Source: Desulfuromonadales bacterium
GTDB taxonomy: Bacteria; Desulfobacterota; Desulfuromonadia; Desulfuromonadales; SZUA-540
Reading direction: 5' to 3'
Assembly (NCBI GenBank): GCA_033549025.1
Contig: JAWSUS010000024.1
Span: 1 to 45,168, forward strand
Length of the DNA stretch: 45,168 nt
A model generated the notes under the pieces. That model was not told the DNA's origin and made no database searches. It saw only the letters and a program-made list of their open reading frames with translations. The position numbers and the translations under genes are program-made. Each line of letters opens with the position of its first letter. The first letter of the stretch is position 1. Below, one piece after another: positions 21,953-30,700 of the stretch.

Positions 21953-22702
21953 TCACTCCAGCACTTTCAGATGTTCTTTCGATGACTTGCCCAGCTCGGT
22001 ATCGGGAATGAGCCGGACAACCTCGTTGAAGGACGCGATGGCCGCCTCGGTTTGCCCCAGTTTGACCTGGCCCAGTCCCATCTGATAGTGAGCCTGCGCG
22101 TAATTGGGGGCGATAGCCAGCGCCTCACGATATTGGGCGACAGCCTCGGCCGTTTTACCCAGAGCGTAATAGGCCTGCCCCAGTCCCAGATAAGCGGGAG
22201 CGTAGCGCATATTGGTGGCGATGGCCTCCTTGAAGAAGGTCACAGCCTGCAGATGGTCCCCTTTCTGAGAATAGGCGTAACCGATGCCGGAAAGCGGAAC
22301 CTCGGGATTATCGAAATCGAGCCGGGAGGAGGTCGCCTTGAAGTAGCGGATCGCGTCGTCCCAGCGCTTCATATCGAGGTACAGGGCGCCAAGGTTATTC
22401 AGAAACCGGGGAGCTTCATTACTTAACTTGACGGCCTGGAGATAGCGCTGTTCGGCCTCGGGGTAAGCTTCTTTGATATGCAGTACCTGCCCGAGAGCGG
22501 CCTGAATTTCAGGATCTTTGGGGTTGATTTCTTCGGCCATCCGAAATTCGTTCATGGCCTGGCTCAACCGGTTCTCCCGCAGGTAAGAGAGCCCCAGCAT
22601 GTAATGGGCCTTGGCTTCATCACGTTGTTGTGGATTGATGCCGCAGCCGGCAGTCAAAATCAGGGACAGCAAAATTCCCAAGGAAAGGATCTTCTTGATC
22701 AA
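21953..22702 (-). CDS. TPR-repeat lipoprotein (PilF/PilW/Tgl-like)
   Basis: SD AAGGAGG before TTG at 22702; lipobox LTAGC; multiple TPR motifs (AHYMLGLSYL, NNLGALY, AHYQMGL); ndk-rlmN neighbourhood. Confidence 0.8.
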   Translation of the reverse strand: MIKKILSLGILLSLILTAGCGINPQQRDEAKAHYMLGLSYLRENRLSQAMNEFRMAEEINPKDPEIQAALGQVLHIKEAYPEAEQRYLQAVKLSNEAPRFLNNLGALYLDMKRWDDAIRYFKATSSRLDFDNPEVPLSGIGYAYSQKGDHLQAVTFFKEAIATNMRYAPAYLGLGQAYYALGKTAEAVAQYREALAIAPNYAQAHYQMGLGQVKLGQTEAAIASFNEVVRLIPDTELGKSSKEHLKVLE

Positions 22703-22760
22703 TGCAACCTCCTTAAAGGATCGGCAACGAGAACCGTCGATGCACGGTCGGCCGGAACCA

Positions 22761-23669
22761 TCACAGGCCTTCAAATTCCGTCAACAGCTTTACCTTGCGG
22801 TAACGGTCTTCAATATCGCTGTAGCGAAGGGATCGCATGCGGTCCAGGCTGAAATCTTCGACGTTGAAAGAAGCCATGACGCTGCCGAAAACGATCGCCT
22901 GGCGCAGGCCGGCCTCCGTCAGGTTTTTGGTGGAGGCCAGATATCCCATGAACCCACCCGCAAAGGTATCTCCGGCGCCCGTAGGATCGAAGACGGACTC
23001 AAGCGGAAAAGCCGGGGCCGCAAAGACGGAATGTTCCCGAAACATGAGCACGCCGTATTCTCCCCGTTTGATCACCAGAGTTTCGGGCCCCATGGCCAGG
23101 ATTTTTGCGGCGGCCTTCATCAGGTTGGGCTCGCCGGAAAGCTGACGCGCCTCCCCTTCGTTGATGAGAAAGATATCGACGCGCTTGAGGGTTTCCAGAA
23201 GCGCCTCCCTTTTCCCCTCGATCCAGAAATTCATCGTATCGCAGGCCACCAGTTGGGGCTTGTCGACCTGCTGAAGCACCTGCAGCTGCAGCTCCGGATC
23301 GATGTTGGCCAAAAAAACAAAATCTGCCTCACGATGTACGGGAGAGAGCTGAGGGGCAAAAGATTCGAAAACGTTCAGGTGGGTCTCCAGCGTTTGGGCC
23401 TCATTCAAATCGTATCCGTAGCGCCCTTTCCAGCGGAAGGTTTTTCCTGGGACGACCTGCAGGCCGCTCAGGTCCACGTTGCGTGAGCGCAGAAATTCAA
23501 GGTGTTCGGACGGAAAATCTTCGCCGACGACGGCAACCAGCCGAACCTCGTCAAAAAAACTGGCCGCGGTGGAGAAGTATGTCGCCGAGCCGCCGAGGAC
23601 ATCATCCTCTTGGCCAAAAGGCGTTTCCACCGAATCAAACGCAACGGAGCCAACCACGAGTATGCTCAT
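22761..23669 (-). CDS. PfkB-family sugar/nucleoside kinase
   Basis: VVGSVAFD, GGSATY, NEGEA and the PfkB signature DPTGAGDTFAGG. Confidence 0.92.
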   Translation of the reverse strand: MSILVVGSVAFDSVETPFGQEDDVLGGSATYFSTAASFFDEVRLVAVVGEDFPSEHLEFLRSRNVDLSGLQVVPGKTFRWKGRYGYDLNEAQTLETHLNVFESFAPQLSPVHREADFVFLANIDPELQLQVLQQVDKPQLVACDTMNFWIEGKREALLETLKRVDIFLINEGEARQLSGEPNLMKAAAKILAMGPETLVIKRGEYGVLMFREHSVFAAPAFPLESVFDPTGAGDTFAGGFMGYLASTKNLTEAGLRQAIVFGSVMASFNVEDFSLDRMRSLRYSDIEDRYRKVKLLTEFEGL

Positions 23670-23719
23670 TATCACCTCTTTTACCCGGAATTTGCGCTAT
23701 TTCCGGGAAATAATTCACC

Positions 23720-24583
23720 TCAAAGATACTTGCCCATCACCACCTGAAGCTTTTCCCGTGTCTCGGCCGGAATGATCTCCTTGTTGGTCATAATGGCGAA
23801 CTTCAGAGCTTCACCGCAGGCACAGGCCGGGGCAGCCGCCAGATTCCGCACGGCTTCCCGGATGATTTTGCGCGCCGTCTCGACGTTCTGCTTGACAATA
23901 GCCAGCACCGCCTCGACGGAAACGTCGTCATGCTCCTCGTGCCAGCAGTCGTAATCGGTGGCCAGCGCCACCGTAGCGTAGCAGATCTCCGCTTCCCGGG
24001 CCAGACGGGCTTCGGGCAGATTGGTCATTCCGATGACGTCGACCCCCCAGCTGCGAAAGACCTTCGATTCGGCCCGAGTGGAAAAATTGGGACCTTCAAT
24101 GCAGATATAGGTCCCCCCCTTATGCACCTGGGCACCCACGGTCACAGCTGCCTGATGCAGAACGGCGGCCAGGTCGTTACAGACCGGATCGGCAAACTGG
24201 ATGTGGCCGACGACCCCTTCGCCGAAGAAGGTCGAAGCCCTCTTGCCCTGGGTGCGGTCAAAGAACTGATCGGGGATGACGATATGCCCGGGAACGATCT
24301 CCTCCTTCATGCTGCCGACGGCAGAGACGGAGATAATGCGGCTGACGCCGAGCTTTTTCATGCCGTAGATATTGGCGCGGTAGTTGACTTCCGAGGGCAG
24401 CAGGCGATGTCCTTCACCGTGCCGGGGCAAAAAAACCACCTTGAGGCCTTCGAGTTCGCCCGTAATGAAATCGTGGGAAGGATCGCCGAAGGGGGTTTCC
24501 ACCCTGACGTTGCGAACCTTGGTGAGCCCTTCCATCTGATAGAGGCCGCTGCCCCCGATAACGCCGATGACAGGCTGGGTCAT
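23720..24583 (-). CDS. mtnP: S-methyl-5'-thioadenosine phosphorylase
   Basis: [40 protein letters not shown] and TDYDCW. Confidence 0.95.
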   Translation of the reverse strand: MTQPVIGVIGGSGLYQMEGLTKVRNVRVETPFGDPSHDFITGELEGLKVVFLPRHGEGHRLLPSEVNYRANIYGMKKLGVSRIISVSAVGSMKEEIVPGHIVIPDQFFDRTQGKRASTFFGEGVVGHIQFADPVCNDLAAVLHQAAVTVGAQVHKGGTYICIEGPNFSTRAESKVFRSWGVDVIGMTNLPEARLAREAEICYATVALATDYDCWHEEHDDVSVEAVLAIVKQNVETARKIIREAVRNLAAAPACACGEALKFAIMTNKEIIPAETREKLQVVMGKYL

Positions 24584-24631
24584 GATCATCTCCTCCTGCG
24601 AAAAAATTTTATGGTTTCTTATCAAAAAAAA

Positions 24632-25669
24632 TCAGGATTTATCGTCAAGTCGTCCCTTGAGCTGACCACAGGCCGCCGAGATATCCTGTCCCTTGCTGGC
24701 ACGCCTGATGGCGACGATGTTGCGATCGAGCAGATAGGTCTGGAAAGCCTCGATCCCCGCCGGCGTTGGGGCCTGGAAATCAGAGCCGGCATGCTCGTTA
24801 AAGGGGATAAGATTAACCTTGGCCTTGATCCCATGCAGCAGTTTGACCAAACGTTTGGCGTCATCAAGACTGTCGTTGACCCCACGAATCAGAATATATT
24901 CAAAGGTGATGCGTTGATGCGGCTTCAGGGGATAGGCGCGGCAGGTCGCCATCAGTTCTTTCAGCGGGTAACGGCGGTTCACCGGCATCAGGCGATCACG
25001 CACCTCGTCCGTGGTGGCATTGAGAGAAACCGCCAGGTTGACGGGAATGCGTTTGGCCAGTTCAAGCATCTCGGGGACCAGACCGCAGGTCGACAGGGTC
25101 ACCTTGCGGGTACCGAACCCCATGCCGTCATCCAGATAGAGAATTTTTAAGGCGTCCACCACGTTATCCAGATTGTGCAGGGGCTCGCCCATACCCATCA
25201 GGACAATGTTGTTGACCGGGCCTTCCTTGGCGACGGCACAGACCTGGTTGACGATTTCCGCTGTTTCCAGATTGCGGATAAGGCCAAAGGTACCGGTCAG
25301 GCAGAATGCACACTGCATGGCGCAGCCGACCTGGGTGGAGATACACACGGTGGAACGGTCGTTTTCCATGGGGATGCGGACGGATTCCACCGTCTGCCCG
25401 TCGGCAAGGCGAAAGAGGTATTTTTTGGTGCCGTCACTGCTCGTTTCTGTGACCTCAGGGGTCCAGTCGGAGATATAGGCCTTTTCGGCCAGCTGCTCTC
25501 TGAGTTCCTTGGACAGATCGGTCATCTCGGCGAAAGACGTCACACCCCGCCCGTAGACCCAGCGGACGATCTGCCGGGCGCGAAATTTCTCCTTGCCGAA
25601 GGCGGAGAGAAACTCGACCAGCGAATCAAAGGTAAGACTTTTTATATCAATGCGTTGCGGGTTATCCAT
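24632..25669 (-). CDS. rlmN: Dual-specificity RNA methyltransferase RlmN (radical SAM)
   Basis: [25 protein letters not shown] and AACGQL. Confidence 0.96.
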   Translation of the reverse strand: MDNPQRIDIKSLTFDSLVEFLSAFGKEKFRARQIVRWVYGRGVTSFAEMTDLSKELREQLAEKAYISDWTPEVTETSSDGTKKYLFRLADGQTVESVRIPMENDRSTVCISTQVGCAMQCAFCLTGTFGLIRNLETAEIVNQVCAVAKEGPVNNIVLMGMGEPLHNLDNVVDALKILYLDDGMGFGTRKVTLSTCGLVPEMLELAKRIPVNLAVSLNATTDEVRDRLMPVNRRYPLKELMATCRAYPLKPHQRITFEYILIRGVNDSLDDAKRLVKLLHGIKAKVNLIPFNEHAGSDFQAPTPAGIEAFQTYLLDRNIVAIRRASKGQDISAACGQLKGRLDDKS

Positions 25670-25707
25670 GAAGTTCTTTATAAAGGTTGTGTCCGATAGG
25701 GCAAAGT

Positions 25708-25747
25708 AAAAAAAAGCCCCCGGGATTGTACCCGAAGGGCTTTTTTT
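25708..25747. terminator. Terminator hairpin between ndk and rlmN
   Basis: A8-GCCCCCGGG-ATTGTA-CCCGAAGGGC-T7. Confidence 0.7.
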
Positions 25748-25803
25748 AAACAAGGAACAATTGAGCCGGCCGCAGGCCGGTCTCAAGATTGGCCATCAGG
25801 ATA

Positions 25804-26217
25804 TTAGAGCAGTTCGAGACCAGAAAAGAAGTAAGGGATCTCGAAGGCGGCCGTTTCGGGAGCGTCGGAACCGTGTGTTGCGTTCTCGCCGATGGAGGTG
25901 CCGAACTCCTTGCGCAGGGTGCCCTCGGCTGCTTCGGCCGGGTTGGTGGCGCCCATGAGGTCGCGCCACTTTTTGATAGCGCCGTCGGCCTCAAGGACCA
26001 TGACCACGCAGGGGCCGCTGCTCATGAAATCGGTCAGTTCTCCGAAAAAGGGACGCTCTTTGTGGACGTAGTAGAAGCCTTCGGCCTCGACTTTGCTCAT
26101 GTACAGCTTCTTCAGGCCAACGACCTTGAAGCCCTCGGCATAGATGCGGGCCAGGATTTTACCGGCGTTGCCGGCAGCGAAGGCGTCGGGCTTGATGATG
26201 GCGAATGTTCTTTCCAT
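25804..26217 (-). CDS. ndk: Nucleoside diphosphate kinase
   Basis: [21 protein letters not shown] and catalytic NATHGSD; SD GGAGG. Confidence 0.98.
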   Translation of the reverse strand: MERTFAIIKPDAFAAGNAGKILARIYAEGFKVVGLKKLYMSKVEAEGFYYVHKERPFFGELTDFMSSGPCVVMVLEADGAIKKWRDLMGATNPAEAAEGTLRKEFGTSIGENATHGSDAPETAAFEIPYFFSGLELL

Positions 26218-26264
26218 GTCTGTATTTCCTCCATTTGGGTTATTGACGGTACTGAAAACGTGAC

Positions 26265-26293
26265 CTTTTAGCATTCCCCTGAGCCGCTGTCAA
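26265..26293 (-). promoter_or_regulatory. Putative sigma70 promoter for ndk
   Basis: TTGACA-N17-TAAAAG with a TG extension; lies just outside the IS left end. Confidence 0.55.
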
Positions 26294-26325
26294 GCTCTTC
26301 GGACAGCCCCGCTTCGCCGTTTTAC

Positions 26326-27739
26326 CGAGATGCGCCGTAAAGCCCCTTGCTTCAGACATGGGGATAAAAGGCGCTTTGTGCGAAGCACAAAAGGGGTTGA
26401 CTTCCGAACGGGCCATGAGACACTGACTGCATGATAAAAGCTCGCCATAAACAACTCTCGGTGTCGCACCAGGACGCGCTGCGCCTCAAAGAGCTTCAAC
26501 AGGAAGCAGCCCGCTGCTGGAATGCCATTGTTGCCGAGGCCAAGGCTCACTACGATGCCGGAAATGGCTGGATCGCCAAGACCGAGTTGCAAAAGCGTCT
26601 GAAAGGCCGGTTCGCCCTGCACAGCCAAACCGTTCAGGGCCTCGCCGACCGTTTCTGCTCCAACCGCAAGACCGCTGCCGAGAACCGACGGCTGGGCCTC
26701 GACACCCGCTACCCCTGGCGAACCAAGAAATTCGTCACCGTGCCGTTCAAGGAAGCCGCGATCCGACGTTCCCCGACGGGAAAGGTCGTGCTCTCCCTGA
26801 AGGCCGGGGACGCCCTGGATACCTGGCTGGTTCTTCCGCCCGAGGCGACATTTTGTCAACTGCTCTGGAGCAAGGGCCGGTACGTTCTGTCCTATGCCGC
26901 CGAGTTCCCCGTGGCCGATCTTCGGGAAAACGGTCTGCGGGCCGGCATCGACATCGGCGAGATTCATCCGGTGGCGTTGTGTGCCGAGGACGGCACCGGC
27001 CTGGTGATCTCCGGGCGGGAAGTCCGTTCCGTTAAGCGCCGGCGAAACAAGAGCCTTGGGAAATTCGCCCGGATGCTGGCTCGCTGTAAAAAGGGAAGCC
27101 GCCGATGGAAGCAACTCCGTCGCGCCCGGGGCCGGATGAAGTCGAAAACGGACAGTCAAGTCCGGGATCTGTTGCATCAAGCGACCCGCAAAGCCGTTCG
27201 CTGGTGCGAGGAACGCGCCGTCTCCGAACTGGTAATCGGTAATCCGACCGGGATCGAAAAGAACACCAAGAAGCAGCGGCGGCTATCCCGCCGGGTTCGG
27301 CAGAAAATTTCCCAGATGGAGACGGGCCGGATCAAATACTACCTGCGGTACAAGGCCGAAGAGGCTGGTATCGCGACGTGCCTCACGGAAGAACGGGGCA
27401 CCAGTAGCGAATGCCCGTGTTGCGGTCATTCGCACAAGCCGAAAGGGCGAACCTTTCGGTGCCCGCAATGCGGCTTTGTGTCGCATCGGGACGGGAAAGC
27501 GGCGTTCATGATGATTCGGAAGAAGCACGACATTCCCCTCCCGGAATCGTTTCAGATCGATCATCGGCAAGCCGTTCCCAAGTATCGTAAGTGTTCCGTC
27601 ATTGGAGCGGCTTGCGTAGATGGCCCCGACAAGGCCCTAAGTAGCCTGGCCCGAGCCGAATCCCTGCTCGACGAACATCTCGTCGCGTAAATCTGGTGCT
27701 TCCAGGAATCCCCCGGATTTATCCGTGGGGAGTTGTCAA
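26326..27739 (+). mobile_element. IS200/IS605-family element (tnpB only, IS1341-like) with IS608-type ends
   Basis: Target TTAC at 26322-26325. Left end: guide AAAG (26339-26342) plus hairpin CCCC-TTGCTTCAGACAT-GGGG. Right end: guide GAAT (27706-27709), hairpin CCCC-CGGATTTATCCGT-GGGG and terminal TCAA (27736-27739). All four tetranucleotides match IS608. No tnpA, terminal inverted repeats or target duplication. Confidence 0.92.
26431..27690 (+). CDS. tnpB: RNA-guided endonuclease TnpB
   Basis: RuvC-I GIDIG (D174), KGSRRWKQ, DLLHQATRK, zinc finger TSSECPCCG...CPQCG and RuvC-III HRD (D354). Confidence 0.93.
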   Translation: MIKARHKQLSVSHQDALRLKELQQEAARCWNAIVAEAKAHYDAGNGWIAKTELQKRLKGRFALHSQTVQGLADRFCSNRKTAAENRRLGLDTRYPWRTKKFVTVPFKEAAIRRSPTGKVVLSLKAGDALDTWLVLPPEATFCQLLWSKGRYVLSYAAEFPVADLRENGLRAGIDIGEIHPVALCAEDGTGLVISGREVRSVKRRRNKSLGKFARMLARCKKGSRRWKQLRRARGRMKSKTDSQVRDLLHQATRKAVRWCEERAVSELVIGNPTGIEKNTKKQRRLSRRVRQKISQMETGRIKYYLRYKAEEAGIATCLTEERGTSSECPCCGHSHKPKGRTFRCPQCGFVSHRDGKAAFMMIRKKHDIPLPESFQIDHRQAVPKYRKCSVIGAACVDGPDKALSSLARAESLLDEHLVA

Positions 27740-27756
27740 TGGAACTCGACCTTGTA
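27567..27756 (+). ncRNA. Putative TnpB omega-RNA (scaffold overlapping the tnpB 3' end and right end, plus flanking guide)
   Basis: Stems GCAAGCCGTTCC/GGAGCGGCTTGC (27567-27615), CGAGC/GCTCG, CGACGA/TCGTCG and CCTGG/CCAGG, plus the right-end hairpin. This is the expected position for an omega-RNA; boundaries are approximate. Confidence 0.6.
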
Positions 27757-30700
27757 AAAGAGGTCGGCGCCGCTGACCGTTCCCATTTCGGTTTCCAGCT
27801 GCCAGCGTTTGGAGATGTCGTAACGCAGACGCACCTCGTTGGTCTGGGTAAACAGAGAATGTCCCAGGCTGATATAGAGGCGGGGGCTGAGATATTTGCC
27901 GATGGTGACCATGGAGGTCTCCACATCGCCGTTCCCGGCCTGGATATCGAGCACGTCAAGCCCGAAACGACGACGGATCTTGTCCTGCAGCACGGCGGAC
28001 TCTCCCTTGGTCAGCAAAGCTCCGGCCGCCAGCATAAGGCCGCTGGAATCGCCCCTTTCACCCTCGAGGGGGCGTCCCAGTACGACATAGGAGAGAACAT
28101 CCGTATCCGCCATGAAAGGATCTGAATAGAGTTTCACCACGGGAGCCCGGGGCGTACCGCTGATCTGCACCCCGGCCTTGACCTCCCCGACATGGCGCAG
28201 GGCCAGAATATCCAGAGAGGGCTGATCGACCGGTCCGCCGCCGAACACGATACTCCCACGGTCGATATCGAGTCGCAATCCATAGGCGGCGTAGGCGCCG
28301 TCCGCCACCGAGATCTGTCCCTGGGCCGTTATCCGGTCAAGCCCCTGCATAGTCACGGTAACCGCGCCCTCGAGACGAGCATCTACTCCACCAACCTTCA
28401 CCAGGGCACGATCGCCCAGAACAAAACGGACCCGGCCGTCCACCTGCCAGGGCCGGACTTTCTCGGCGTCTTCTTCAAGCCCCACAATGACCACATCGTG
28501 GCTGGCACGCAGGGTGGACGGCGCCTGACGATCAAAGACGAGGATCTCCGGCACCTGGACCTCTCCGGTTACGGAAGTGCGCCCCTGAGACCCGGTAATA
28601 ACCAGATCGGGACTGGCCTTCACCTGGAGCTCTGGCAGCCGGATGACCTCGAAACGGTTCCCTTGCAGCGAAAAACGATAGTCAGCCAGACGCCACTGCT
28701 CCAGCAGAATCGTCCCCTCCCCCGCCAGAGTGCCGCCCCCAGATTCACAACGGAAGGCCACGATATTCACGCGCCGGTCATCAAAACGGGCCTCCAGTTC
28801 CACATCTTTGACCAGAATACCGGCGGCCGGCACATAGGCGCCGCCTCCCGTCAGCCCTACCTGCCCCGTCAACTCTGGCGCCAGCCAGGTGCCGCCCAGA
28901 CGCAGATCGAGTTGGACCTGTCCCTGGCTTTCCTGGATCACTCCCGGCATGACGGCGGCCAGCAGGCCCTTTTCCCGGGCCGAAAGGACCAATTCCCCCT
29001 GCAGGGGCGCCTTCTTTTGCAAACATGTCGGCAACCTGGCCCCAAGAGGAATGCTGAAAGCGCCATGTCCCTCACCATGCTCAGCCAGGGCAAGGGACAC
29101 TTCGCCCCGCAGATGTTCTTTCTGCCAGGTCAGGGAAAAACGGGACTCACGCAGCGGCACCGACACCAGCCCCTGATCATCATGGTATTGCAGAAGACCA
29201 TCCTGGATGGAAGTGGAGGCCGTCAGATCCAGTTCCCAGCGATCCAACCAGCGACCACGAACTTCGCCCGACAAAGTGCCCAGCAGGTCCATGCCGAGGG
29301 GCAGATAGGGCTGCACAGCGATCAGGTCGAGGCGACTCCACTCGATGGCGACACTCCCCTCTCTCGGCAGGGTAAAGGGTTTACCCGCCTGTTCCTGCTC
29401 CGACTCCAAATGAGCGCTCAGACTGCCGCCTTCTTCAAACAGAACATCGCCCTCGAAACCGAAGCGGCGGGAATCCCACACCAGCCCCACGGAGGCAGCC
29501 CGGGCTTCCAGGTGCAGATCGCCCAGCAGGAAGCTGCCGGAAAAATCGTTCGTTCCGTCCAGCACCAGACCGGTTCCCTCGCCATAGCGCCCCTGCAGAC
29601 GCCCGGAAAGGATGGCGTCCGTCTCAAGCGGTTTCAGCAACAGGGCGAACTGGTCGAGATGAAGATCCTGCCAGGTCAGGGAAAAATCATAGTCCGACGG
29701 CAGCGAAAAGCTCGCCGGTTGTTGGGAAAGAATCCGGGCAGCCACCTTCCCCTTGGACAGAAGAACCTGCCCCTCTCCCTGCAGCCCGGCGGAGTTCCAG
29801 TCAGCATCGATGCGGATGTCGCGAAACGCGACACGTTGTCCTTTTTGTTCCAGAGATCCTGCTGTTTCGGTGTGCAGAAGGACACGGCCTGCCTCGGCAC
29901 CGAAGCGTTCAAGATGCAGGGAGCCCGTGCTTTTTCCGGCGACCGCCAGTTCCTTTGACCAGGTATTAAGCAAGGCCAGATTCAGGTCCTGCCATTGCGC
30001 CTGAGACGAAATGACCAGCGGAGAAACCTCTACGGTCCCCTCGACCTGGACCCTCCCCCCCTGCGGGCTGGTCAAAGCCAAAGGGGTGAGTCCGAATTCT
30101 TCCCTGGACCAATGAAATTCAGCCCTATCCTCAAGATCCCAGGTGCCGGCCTCGGCATCCTCCCAACCCAGACGATGAACAGCGGCCCGCCAGCGTTTCT
30201 CGGCATAGCTTCCCCGCAAGGCCAGAACCCCCTGCCCCGTTGGCCAGCGCAGCTCTGCGCGCCCTTCATGCCGGGCCAGATCGCCCTGCAGCGTCGCTCG
30301 CAGGCCGTCGAAAGCCAGGCGTCCATAGGCCAGTTGAGCCGTTTCCAAGGCGACGTTAAAGGGAGCATCGCGGTCGAAGCGGGACAAGGAAAGGTCCAGC
30401 CCGTCTACCCCAAGGCCATAACCGGCCAAACGGGAAGACCGGATGGCCAGCGTACCGAAAGGCTGACCATCGCCCCAACCGACCCATCCATTTATGCCTC
30501 CCTGATGAATTTCGACGGGGAGCAGAGTCTGCTCTGCCGAAAGCGCCACGAACACATCGATGCGCTCCAGAGACTCTGCCTGCAGGCGAACGTCTGCCCC
30601 CTGCCCCTGCAGGCGAAGAAAAATGGCCTGAAGATTTCCCTTATCGATATCGAGACGGGTGTCGACCTCAACAGGGCCAGCCGGCCATGATGGCCCGATC

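Noticed and set aside
26326..26430. IStron (group I intron-IS hybrid) explanation for the near-silent insertion
   Set aside because: The left end is only 105 nt, too short for a group I core, and the element is antisense to tamB.
26290..27180. 296-aa minus-strand ORF considered as a possible tnpA
   Set aside because: It is antisense to tnpB and shows no HUH/Y1 or serine-recombinase motifs.
28192..29958. 588-aa plus-strand ORF within tamB, and 31911-32918 within tamA
   Set aside because: Antisense shadow frames with no protein-family features.
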